A stretch of DNA of 40,731 nt from a virus: the IMG/VR virus record IMGVR_UViG_3300050161_000195. One strand, given 5' to 3'. The translations under genes and the position numbers were made by a program. The first letter of the stretch is position 1, and each line of letters begins with the position of its first letter. Under the pieces are notes generated by a model. That model worked only from the letters and a program-made list of their open reading frames with translations. It was not told the origin of the DNA and did not search any database. Positions 34,074 to 40,731 of the stretch are shown piece by piece.

Positions 34074-34889
34074 ATGCTGGGCTTCGCGCCTCTCGGATAT
34101 GTGCCGCTGGGCGCGGTGCCGGTTACGTTCTCGCGGGCCACCAATGGAGCAGTTGTTGACGCTGCCGAGGGTCTGGCTTCTGCCGCTGCCCTGGCGCTTC
34201 AGGGCGCAGCGACGGTAGCAGATGGTGCCGAGCTGGGAACAGCAACGGCCACGCTCATCCTGCAGGCTTCGGCAGCCATCGCGGACGCTTCCGAATCCAT
34301 CGCCGCCGCATCTGCTCTCGCCGCGCAGGCCGCGGCCGCTATCGCCGATGCGGCGGAAGCCGTTGCTGCCCCTGCCGCCCTGGTCCTGCAGGGCGGGGCA
34401 GCCATGGTCGAAGCGGCTGAAACCGTCTCGGCCCAGGCTGTTGCAGGCGGCGCCCAGGGCGGTGCGGTCGATGGTCCCGAAGTTCTGGCCGCCGCCGCCG
34501 CCCTGGCGCTTCGCGCCACGGCTGCGATCGCCGATCCCGCTGAAACCGCATCCGGGCAGTCTGCCTCACCCCGTGCGGCAGTGGCAGCCATCGCGGATGG
34601 GGCGGAGGGCATCGGCGCTTCCGGTTCCGTTCCGCTCCGCGCCGCAGCAACCATCGCGGATGGGGCAGAGGCTGTGGCGGCGCCGGCCATGGTGCTCATC
34701 CTCGGCGGCCTGTCGGTGTCCGATCCGGCCGAGGCGATCGATGCCGCTTCCATCATCCGTGTCCCGCCACGCGCCGCCACCGTGGCGCGCCCGGGCCTGC
34801 AATCGGCATCGCTGCGGGTACGCCAGCTTTCCGGCGGCGCTCGCCCCGCCAATGTCCAGTCCGCCCGCCGCCGCCCGGCGGCGAGCTAA
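34074..34889 (+). CDS. Ala-rich protein with about ten 21-aa tandem repeats
   Basis: 271 aa. N-terminus MLGFAPLGYVPLGAVP, then repeats of consensus AE.(I/V).A....L.LQ..AAIADG. Basic C-terminus. Confidence 0.6.
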   Translation: MLGFAPLGYVPLGAVPVTFSRATNGAVVDAAEGLASAAALALQGAATVADGAELGTATATLILQASAAIADASESIAAASALAAQAAAAIADAAEAVAAPAALVLQGGAAMVEAAETVSAQAVAGGAQGGAVDGPEVLAAAAALALRATAAIADPAETASGQSASPRAAVAAIADGAEGIGASGSVPLRAAATIADGAEAVAAPAMVLILGGLSVSDPAEAIDAASIIRVPPRAATVARPGLQSASLRVRQLSGGARPANVQSARRRPAAS

Positions 34890-34901
34890 GGAGAAATCGA
34901 A

Positions 34902-35450
34902 GTGGGCCTGCAGCTGATCAATCCGGCCACCGCGCCGCTGGTGGCGCTGGCCGATGCCCGCACCATCTGCAAGGTCGATGGCTCGGCTGAAGATGCGCGC
35001 CTGCAGATGCTCCTGTCGGCCGCGATCATCCAGGTCGAAGATTTCCTGGGCAAGGCGCTTGGCGCCCAGCAGTGGAAACTGGTGCTCGATGCCTTCTCCG
35101 ATGCCATCGAACTGCCACGCGGCCCGGTGATCTCGCTGGATCAGGTCTCCTATGTCGGCCTTGATGGCCTTGCCCGGGATTGCGATTCCGATTTCTTCAC
35201 CCTCGATCTGGTCAGCGATCCGCAGTGGATCGTCCGCAACACCGATGCCACCTGGCCGGATCTGCTCGATGCGGTGAACGCCGTGGCGATCACTTTCACC
35301 ACCGGCTTCACCGGCACCCGGCGTGAAGCCGCCGCGGTCAGGCTGGCCGTGCTCGGCCTGGTCCGCCAGTGGTTCGATGATGGCATCGTCGGCGCCATGC
35401 CGGCGGCCGTGGTTGAACTTCTGCGGCCCTATCGCCGGATCATCATCTGA
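34902..35450 (+). CDS. Head-tail connector protein (gp6-like)
   Basis: 182 aa, GTG start. LADARTICKVDGSAEDARLQMLLSAAIIQVEDFLGKAL is typical of gp6-like connectors. Confidence 0.8.
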   Translation: MGLQLINPATAPLVALADARTICKVDGSAEDARLQMLLSAAIIQVEDFLGKALGAQQWKLVLDAFSDAIELPRGPVISLDQVSYVGLDGLARDCDSDFFTLDLVSDPQWIVRNTDATWPDLLDAVNAVAITFTTGFTGTRREAAAVRLAVLGLVRQWFDDGIVGAMPAAVVELLRPYRRIII

Positions 35451-35800
35451 TGGTCGGGACCAAAGACCTGATCGAACGGGTCACCATCCAGGCCGAAACC
35501 CGCACCTCCAACGGGCAGGGCGGCTATGTCACGGCATGGGCTGATCTGGCGGGCAACCCCACCGTCTGGGCCGCCGTGCGCGGCCTGTCCGGCGGCGAGG
35601 CGCTGACCGCCGGCGTGCAACGCTCGGTCCAGCAATGGCGCGTGATCATCCGCCGCCGCGCCGATATCACCACCCGGCACCGCCTGCGCTGGGACAACGC
35701 CGGAACCTATATCGTGATGGACATCAAGGCGGCCATGCCGCTGCCGGATCAGCCGCGGGACTTCACCCTGCTGGTCTGCGAATCCGGGCTGGTGGACTGA
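35450..35800 (+). CDS. Head closure / head-tail adaptor protein
   Basis: 116 aa. The pattern IERVTIQAETRTSNGQGGYVTAWADLA...VWAAVRGLSGGEA is typical of SPP1 gp16 / HK97 gp9-type proteins. Confidence 0.8.
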   Translation: MVGTKDLIERVTIQAETRTSNGQGGYVTAWADLAGNPTVWAAVRGLSGGEALTAGVQRSVQQWRVIIRRRADITTRHRLRWDNAGTYIVMDIKAAMPLPDQPRDFTLLVCESGLVD

Positions 35801-36387
35801 TGCCTCGCTCGGCCGGCACCAAACTGCGCATCCGCCGCCAGGCACAGGGCGCGCGGGTGCGTTCCGTCCTGCGCGGCAGCAAGGCATTCCGTCGCCTCCT
35901 CAAGCAACTGCCCGAGGAGATGCGGGTGGAAATGGCCCACGTGCTGGAAGACGTCGGGCCGAAGCTCGCCCGGCAGATGCAGGCCCGCACCCCGCGCAAG
36001 ACTGGCGCCCTGCAGGCCGGGATCAAGTGGAAGGTACTGCGCGCGACCTTGCGGCTGCAGGTCGGGCTGCTCGGCTCCAAAAGGGGCCGGGCCAAGCTCT
36101 TTTACGGCTATATCCTCAACTTCGGTCGCAAGGCGCAGGTCGCGTTCGGGATGCGGCGGGCGCAGCGGATGACGGTCCGCGAAGCCTTGGCCAAAGGAAA
36201 GTCGCGTAAATCGGTGAAGGCTGCCGGCGCGTCGCTCGGCTATCCGATCAATGTGAAGGCAATTGCGGCCCAGCACTTCGTGACCGGTGCCTATCCGGAC
36301 CTGAGGCGGATGACCACGGCGCGCCTCAAGGATTCCTGGGCGCGCTCGCTGGCGCGCATCGCGGCAAGGGGTGGCGATGATGAGTGA
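35800..36387 (+). CDS. HK97 gp10-family neck/tail completion protein
   Basis: 195 aa from ATG 35800, overlapping the upstream stop. ARTPRKTGALQAGIKWKV motif. Confidence 0.7.
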   Translation: MPRSAGTKLRIRRQAQGARVRSVLRGSKAFRRLLKQLPEEMRVEMAHVLEDVGPKLARQMQARTPRKTGALQAGIKWKVLRATLRLQVGLLGSKRGRAKLFYGYILNFGRKAQVAFGMRRAQRMTVREALAKGKSRKSVKAAGASLGYPINVKAIAAQHFVTGAYPDLRRMTTARLKDSWARSLARIAARGGDDE

Positions 36388-36772
36388 TGCGCAGAACGCC
36401 ACCGAACAGGCGGTCTATACTGCCCTTGCCGCTGCCGGCCTTGCCTTTGCAGTGTACCAGCATGTGCCCGAACAAACCCCGCCCCCGGTCAACATCATCG
36501 GCGATCTCAGCGGCGAACCGCTCGACATCAAGCAGGGCGATGGCGACGAACGGATCGACCTGACCATCACCACGGTGGTCCAGGGGGAGCAGCGCAAGCC
36601 GGTGCTCGAAGAACAGCAGCGGATCACAGACGCCTTGCACGAAACCACGCTCACCAGCGTGGCGGGCTGGACGATCAATCCGATCAAGACCTCCGCCTCG
36701 GCCGTGCTCATGCCCGATGGCGAAACCTATCTGGGCACCACCACCTTTTCGATCTTTGCCCTGAAAAACTGA
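36371..36772 (+). CDS. Tail terminator-like protein (DUF3168-like)
   Basis: About 130 aa (in-frame ATGs at 36371, 36377, 36380). Lies before the major tail protein. AVYTALAAAGLAFAVYQHVPEQTPPPVNIIGD. Confidence 0.55.
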   Translation: MAMMSDAQNATEQAVYTALAAAGLAFAVYQHVPEQTPPPVNIIGDLSGEPLDIKQGDGDERIDLTITTVVQGEQRKPVLEEQQRITDALHETTLTSVAGWTINPIKTSASAVLMPDGETYLGTTTFSIFALKN

Positions 36773-36803
36773 CGCAAGACTGACCTTTTGAAGGAGACAC
36801 GAC

Positions 36804-37238
36804 ATGGCCAAGAAGCTGGCAAAGGATTACCTGCTCTGGGTCGAAAGCGCGACCCCGGGTACCTACAATCTGGTCAAGGGCCAACAGACCCTGTCGCTGC
36901 AGGAATCGTCCAGCTCGGTCGATACGACCACGAAGGACGATTATCCCTGGTCGACCAGCGCGCCCGGCTCGCGCAGCGTCACCATCGATTTCTCCTGCGT
37001 GCCCGATCTGCCCGATTCCACCGGCTATACCCGGCTCGAAACCATCGCCGCCGCCACTACCCCGCAGGTCAACATCCAGATCCGCAAGGGCGGCGCCTCT
37101 GCCACCGGTACCGATGCCGTCTTCGCCGGGCTGATGAACGTGGTGTCGAAGAACACCACGGCCGACAACAACAACCCGATCGCGTCGAAGTGGCAGCTCT
37201 CCAACGCCGCCGCGCCGACCACGAACGCCTTGGCCTGA
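36804..37238 (+). CDS. Major tail protein (TP901-1 / GTA g9 type)
   Basis: 144 aa. GAAGGAGA RBS. Size, position and sequence type (MAKKLAKDYLLWVESATPGTYNLVKGQQTLSL). Confidence 0.8.
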   Translation: MAKKLAKDYLLWVESATPGTYNLVKGQQTLSLQESSSSVDTTTKDDYPWSTSAPGSRSVTIDFSCVPDLPDSTGYTRLETIAAATTPQVNIQIRKGGASATGTDAVFAGLMNVVSKNTTADNNNPIASKWQLSNAAAPTTNALA

Positions 37239-37289
37239 CCGGTTGCGGCGCCGGCCGCAGGCCGGTGAAGCAGAGATGAAAGGAAGCAC

Positions 37290-37568
37290 ATGAAGATCGG
37301 GACCAGAACCTTCGCCGTGGCCGATCGGCCCGGCGATCTCGACGCGCAACTGGTGGCATCCACCGGCTGCAACGCGGCCGAGATCGCCGGGATGCTGGCC
37401 GAAGGCGCAATCGCCGGGCTGGTGGCCAATGCGCTGCTGCCCTTCCTCGCCGAACAGGATCGGCCCGCCGTGCCCGAACTGGCCGCGCTGATCGCCGGGG
37501 AAGACCTCGCCGGCGTAACCCGGCAGGTCGCCGCGCTTTATGCCGCCCCGGCCGGAGGTGAAGCATGA
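37290..37568 (+). CDS. Hypothetical protein (tail assembly region)
   Basis: 92-aa ORF between the major tail and chaperone genes. Confidence 0.5.
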   Translation: MKIGTRTFAVADRPGDLDAQLVASTGCNAAEIAGMLAEGAIAGLVANALLPFLAEQDRPAVPELAALIAGEDLAGVTRQVAALYAAPAGGEA

Positions 37569-37990
37569 GCGAGGTGACCCGCCCGGCCAACGCCGAACGC
37601 GGCGAAATCGTCCTGAAGCTGGAAGGGGAAGACTATGTCCTCCGCCCCAGCCACGAAGCGATCATGGCCTTCGAGGAGCTGACCGGGCGCGGCCTTTACG
37701 AGCTGGCCACCGATGCCATCAACCGCAAGCTCCGCCTGACCGAAACCGCCCAGATCGCCACCGAATGCATCCGTGCCTGGGGCCGGGCCACCGGCACGGC
37801 CTCGATGCAGCAGGTCAATGCCCGGCGCGTGGGCGAACTGATGCTTGAAGGCGAAGGTGGGTTCAAGGCGGCGGTGGAAGCCGTTGGCGCCATGCTCGCG
37901 CTCGCCTGCACCGGCGGGTACACCGCCCAGGGGGAGCAGAAGGCGGCGGCGACGATGACGGAGACGAAGGCGACGCCCGCCGCCGCCTAG
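37565..37990 (+). CDS. Tail assembly chaperone (GTA g10-like, gpG equivalent)
   Basis: 141 aa. GEIVLKLEGEDYVLRPSHEAIMAFEELTGRGL resembles gene-transfer-agent family chaperones. Confidence 0.7.
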   Translation: MSEVTRPANAERGEIVLKLEGEDYVLRPSHEAIMAFEELTGRGLYELATDAINRKLRLTETAQIATECIRAWGRATGTASMQQVNARRVGELMLEGEGGFKAAVEAVGAMLALACTGGYTAQGEQKAAATMTETKATPAAA

Positions 37991-38109
37991 CCGGCCTCGC
38001 CGCCGCTGCCCTGGGCTGGCGCGCCGATCATTTCTGGCATGCCACCCCGCATGAATTCTGGACCGCGATCGAAGGGTGGAAGCGGTTCAATCAACCCGGC
38101 GAGGATTGA
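37565..38109 (+). CDS. Probable -1 frameshift extension product of the tail chaperone (gpGT equivalent)
   Basis: The -1 frame is open at 37849-38109 with no ATG/GTG/TTG. It encodes ...LAGLAAAALGWRADHFWHATPHEFWTAIEGWKRFNQPGED, which resembles the DUF2376/rcc01693 family as I recall it. The G-run CAGGGGGAG at 37928-37936 is a possible slip site. Confidence 0.5.
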
Positions 38110-38151
38110 CCAATCTGCGCTATCGTGTGGCGGCGAATCGAGGGGGGCAAC

Positions 38152-38391
38152 ATGAAGCGGTTGGTTGTGGTGCTCGCAGTGCTGCTGGTTGGTTGTTCGG
38201 CAAAGGCGCGCTGGAGCGAACATGTTTATGAAAACGTGAGCGAAGCTGGCACGTCGGTCGATATGTGCCGCGTTGCCAGAGAAACCCGCCAGCTTTGGGC
38301 CGAAGTCGGCGATAGCCACAAAGAGACTGAATGGGCTGCGACTGCAGCGATGGACTGTCTCAGGGCTTCGATGCAGCATCCCGGTCAGTAA
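38152..38391 (+). CDS. Small lipoprotein (moron)
   Basis: 79 aa. GAGGGGGG RBS. Signal peptide plus lipobox MKRLVVVLAVLLVG|C. Lower local GC. Confidence 0.7.
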   Translation: MKRLVVVLAVLLVGCSAKARWSEHVYENVSEAGTSVDMCRVARETRQLWAEVGDSHKETEWAATAAMDCLRASMQHPGQ

Positions 38392-38572
38392 GACTTCGCT
38401 GAACCAGCCTGCGGATAGCCTCAGGCCGCGAGAGCGGCTCGGGTTGTTCGGCGATCCATGCGTCGAGGTCAGCCAAAGCGTCCGAATGGAGCCTTACCTG
38501 AATTGGAACGCCTTGCCCGGTTGGCTGCGGCCCACGCCGTTTCCTTGGTTGCAAAGTTTCTTGACCTGACAT
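38360..38572 (-). CDS. Ribbon-helix-helix (CopG/Arc-type) DNA-binding protein, antisense to the late operon
   Basis: 70 aa from ATG 38572 (the track ORF extends to 38857). VPIQVRLHSDALADLDAWIAEQ...SRPEAIRRLVQRSL fits a strand-helix-helix pattern. Confidence 0.65.
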   Translation of the reverse strand: MSGQETLQPRKRRGPQPTGQGVPIQVRLHSDALADLDAWIAEQPEPLSRPEAIRRLVQRSLTDRDAASKP

Positions 38573-38603
38573 AGAAATCTCGGTACCAAAGAAGCAGGCC
38601 GAA

Positions 38604-38621
38604 CGGAAGCTGTAACTTCCG
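38604..38621. promoter_or_regulatory. Palindrome CGGAAG-CTGTAA-CTTCCG in the divergent intergenic region (candidate RHH operator)
   Basis: Perfect 6-bp arms, located between the RHH gene start (38572) and the plus-strand gene at 38641/38653. Confidence 0.4.
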
Positions 38622-38652
38622 CCCGGCCCTGACCTGAACCATGGAGAACGCC

Positions 38653-39099
38653 ATGACCCAAGCTGTCCCCGGCAATAGTGCCGATGCGCCCATCCCGGCA
38701 ACGGGAATTTCTGTCGATCTTTCCCGCCGCGCCATGCTCGGCGGCGCCGCTCTCGCCGGGGTGCTGCTCGCCACGCCGGCTCTGGCCTTGCCCAGCGCAG
38801 ACCCCGACGCCCGGTTCTGGCCTCTTCATGCCCGGTGGCAACATTTGGAAGAGGCATGGGACGGGGATGATGGGCTTGCCGGCGGTGATGATGATGCCGT
38901 ATGGGATGCCGCCGCAGCCGAAGTCAGCGCGGCGTTCGATGCCATGATGCTGGCGCCGATCTCCACCGTGGCCGCCGTCCTTGCCAAGTTCAAGGCCTGC
39001 GCCGGGCAGGAAATCCTGCTCGATGATCGCAGCCTTACCACTCTCGATGCGATCGAACGTGATCTTGCCCGCCTTGCCGCTGCGGAGGGCCGGGCATGA
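38653..39099 (+). CDS. Tat-signal exported protein of unknown function
   Basis: Twin-arginine signal SRRAMLGGAALAGVLLATPALALP. GGAG lies 6 nt upstream of ATG 38653 (alternative ATG at 38641). Confidence 0.65.
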   Translation: MTQAVPGNSADAPIPATGISVDLSRRAMLGGAALAGVLLATPALALPSADPDARFWPLHARWQHLEEAWDGDDGLAGGDDDAVWDAAAAEVSAAFDAMMLAPISTVAAVLAKFKACAGQEILLDDRSLTTLDAIERDLARLAAAEGRA

Positions 39100-39509
39100 A
39101 CGCGCTGGCCACGGGGTGGGAACGCTTGCCGGAGGGAGAGCTCACCGCGCCGGCCGATTTCGAATGGGTCTATGCCTTCGGCAACGAGGGCGGCTTCCGC
39201 ATCGGCGCATCATCGTGCCCGGCCCGCGCCATGGCGGATCTGTACGGGCCAGTCGGCCGGCAGGATCGCTCCGCATGGTATATCCGGGGTTGGTACGAAG
39301 GGCACCGGGCGAAACAGGGCATTGCCGCCCATTTCGAACGGCGGCTGCAGGTCGGCGAATGGTTCATCGTGCCGATCAGCGAACTGTTGCAGGTAGACGT
39401 GCGCCGGCTCTGCGCCCGGCACCAGATCATGGGCGAAGGTACGCCCGAATATGCTGCCGAACTGGCCTTCCGGGCGGATCAGGCCCGTCACGCTACCGCC
39501 CTGACCTGA
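39096..39509 (+). CDS. T5orf172 / GIY-YIG-like domain protein
   Basis: 137 aa. WVYAFGNEGGFRIGASSCPARAMADL ... HFERRLQVGEWFIVPISEL matches the G..KIG.S..P..R...L ... EWF pattern. The ATG overlaps the upstream stop (ATGA). Confidence 0.6.
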   Translation: MNALATGWERLPEGELTAPADFEWVYAFGNEGGFRIGASSCPARAMADLYGPVGRQDRSAWYIRGWYEGHRAKQGIAAHFERRLQVGEWFIVPISELLQVDVRRLCARHQIMGEGTPEYAAELAFRADQARHATALT

Positions 39510-39600
39510 CCTGCCGCCTGACCTGACCTGATCGAACGAACCGAACCTCAATCCAGCCCCCGGTGCCTCGCGCCGGGGGCCAGAACCCGTTGGAGCAACC

Positions 39601-40731
39601 ATGGTCGATACCGATGTCAAAACCCTGATGCTCCAGGTCGATGCCTCGATCGAACTGCTGCGCAAGGAACTCGACGGCGGCGCCGGCGTGATGGACCGGT
39701 TTAGCGCCCGGGCCGGCACGATGGCCGATCAGGTGGAACGCGCGATCTCCACCATGGGCAAGAACTTCCCCAACCTCAGCCAGCGCGCCGCCGATGCCGC
39801 CAGCCAGATGGAAAAGGCCTTCAATGACAGCTTCGGCGCGATCCAGCGCATGGCTGATAAGGCGATCACCATGCCCGCGGTGAACGGCGGCGGGCTGGAC
39901 GTGGGCGCCACCGAAATGCGTGCGGCGGCCGATGCCGCCCGCACGCGGGCCGCCGCGCTGGAACAGATCGAGGTGGCTGCCCAGCGCGCGGCGGCGGGCG
40001 AAGGCGTGATGACTGCGGAAACCCGCGCCTATCTTCAGGCCGCACAGGCCGCCCGGATTGAGGCTGAAGCCCACGCCCGCGATCTAATGCGTGAAGCAGG
40101 CGCGCTCGAACGGATCGAAATCGAACTGGGCAAGGCCGGCGCCGCGCAGCAGCTTATGGCTACCCGCGGCGCAGCGCTTCATCAGCAAACCGGCCTGCAG
40201 CGTGCCGGGATGCAGCAGTTGGCGTTCCAGATTTCTGACGTATCGACCCAGTTTTCCATGGGCACGCCGCCCATGCAGATCTTCGCGCAGCAGTCCTCGC
40301 AGGTCATCCAGGCAGTGGGGATGATGACCACGGAGAGCAAGGGGCTGCTCGGCATCCTTGGGAACCCGTGGACGCAAATCGTTGTCGCCGCGACAGTCGT
40401 ACTTGAACCGTTCATCGCCAAGCTATTCGACTCGCAGGATGCTCTGACCGGCATAGGAGACAAGGCTGAACAAGCGATGGAGCGCGTGCGGCGATCGTTG
40501 GCTCAGGTCTCCGCCATTACCGACGCCGCCGATGAAGCTACGAGGAAGAAGGTAGAGGCGATGGCTGAGGTAGCGCGCCTCAACCGCCAGATCACCCAAG
40601 CTCAGGGTCAACGCGATTCCTTTATTGAAGCAAACGGGTCTGAGGATGCAGGTGGTCTCAACTTCAACATCACTCGGCTCATGGCCCAGCGCGATGCCGC
40701 GCAAGAGGCGATTAAGCAGGCGGACAATTCT
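39601..40731 (+). CDS. Tail tape measure protein, 5' portion (continues at nt 128 of the window via the circular junction)
   Basis: ATG 39601 with a GGAG RBS. Open to the window end. GMQQLAFQISDVSTQFSMGTPPMQIFAQQSSQVIQAVG is a typical TMP core segment. The ORF is absent from the track only because it has no stop inside the window. Confidence 0.85.
   Translation, partial: MVDTDVKTLMLQVDASIELLRKELDGGAGVMDRFSARAGTMADQVERAISTMGKNFPNLSQRAADAASQMEKAFNDSFGAIQRMADKAITMPAVNGGGLDVGATEMRAAADAARTRAAALEQIEVAAQRAAAGEGVMTAETRAYLQAAQAARIEAEAHARDLMREAGALERIEIELGKAGAAQQLMATRGAALHQQTGLQRAGMQQLAFQISDVSTQFSMGTPPMQIFAQQSSQVIQAVGMMTTESKGLLGILGNPWTQIVVAATVVLEPFIAKLFDSQDALTGIGDKAEQAMERVRRSLAQVSAITDAADEATRKKVEAMAEVARLNRQITQAQGQRDSFIEANGSEDAGGLNFNITRLMAQRDAAQEAIKQADNS
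40605..40731. repeat. Terminal overlap, exact copy of 1..127
   Basis: See the first feature. Confidence 0.95.

Noticed and set aside
37988-38153. TAG read-through of the tail chaperone gene as the source of the extension
   Set aside because: The in-frame continuation (PASPPLPWAGAPIISGMPPRMNSGPRSKGG...) is low-complexity, whereas the -1 frame gives a conserved-looking FW..TP.EF motif.
37987-38379. 130-aa minus-strand ORF as a toxin partner downstream of the RHH gene
   Set aside because: It is antisense to a textbook lipoprotein gene (RBS, signal peptide, lipobox) and to the chaperone extension. Its product looks like translated non-coding sequence.

Overview
The window is a complete temperate siphovirus-type phage genome with an HK97-like head module and a GTA/TP901-like tail module. 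It is about 65% GC. An alphaproteobacterial, sphingomonad-like host is my inference only. Nt 1-127 are identical to nt 40605-40731, so the unique length is 40,604 bp and the molecule is circular or terminally redundant. The tape measure gene runs across that junction. No host flanks, rRNA, tRNA or CRISPR array are present. Layout: (i) An immunity switch at 15.9-17.4 kb has a LexA/CI-type repressor co-transcribed with a HIRAN-domain gene, and four GTGTG-N6-CACAC operators that overlap two TTGAC(A/G) -35 boxes. (ii) A leftward operon (15911 down to 8828, minus strand) carries unknown genes, including one with a 363-nt in-frame Ala-rich microsatellite. It also carries a DUF4326 gene, two ParB-like genes (one frameshifted), an MT-A70 methylase, an HNH gene, a small possible RDF and a tyrosine integrase, with a candidate attP next to the integrase. 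(iii) A rightward early operon (17410-23695) holds small regulators, a DnaG-type primase and a P4/D5-type helicase, followed by a GGAAGG-iteron, AT-rich non-coding region. (iv) The late operon (23989 through the junction to 7492) encodes HNH, terS, terL, portal, ClpP-type protease and HK97 capsid. An unusual 4-kb, seven-ORF block with Gly-rich and Ala-repeat proteins follows, then connector/neck genes, major tail protein and chaperones with a probable -1 frameshift product. A 1.5-kb lower-GC moron island interrupts the chaperone-tape measure junction. After it come the tape measure, tail tip genes, a J-like host specificity protein and a lysis cassette (SAR endolysin, overlapping spanins). A Dam-type methylase follows. 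Many long ORFs in the six-frame track are antisense or alternative-frame artefacts of the high GC content. All family names come from motif recognition by eye. No database search was run.
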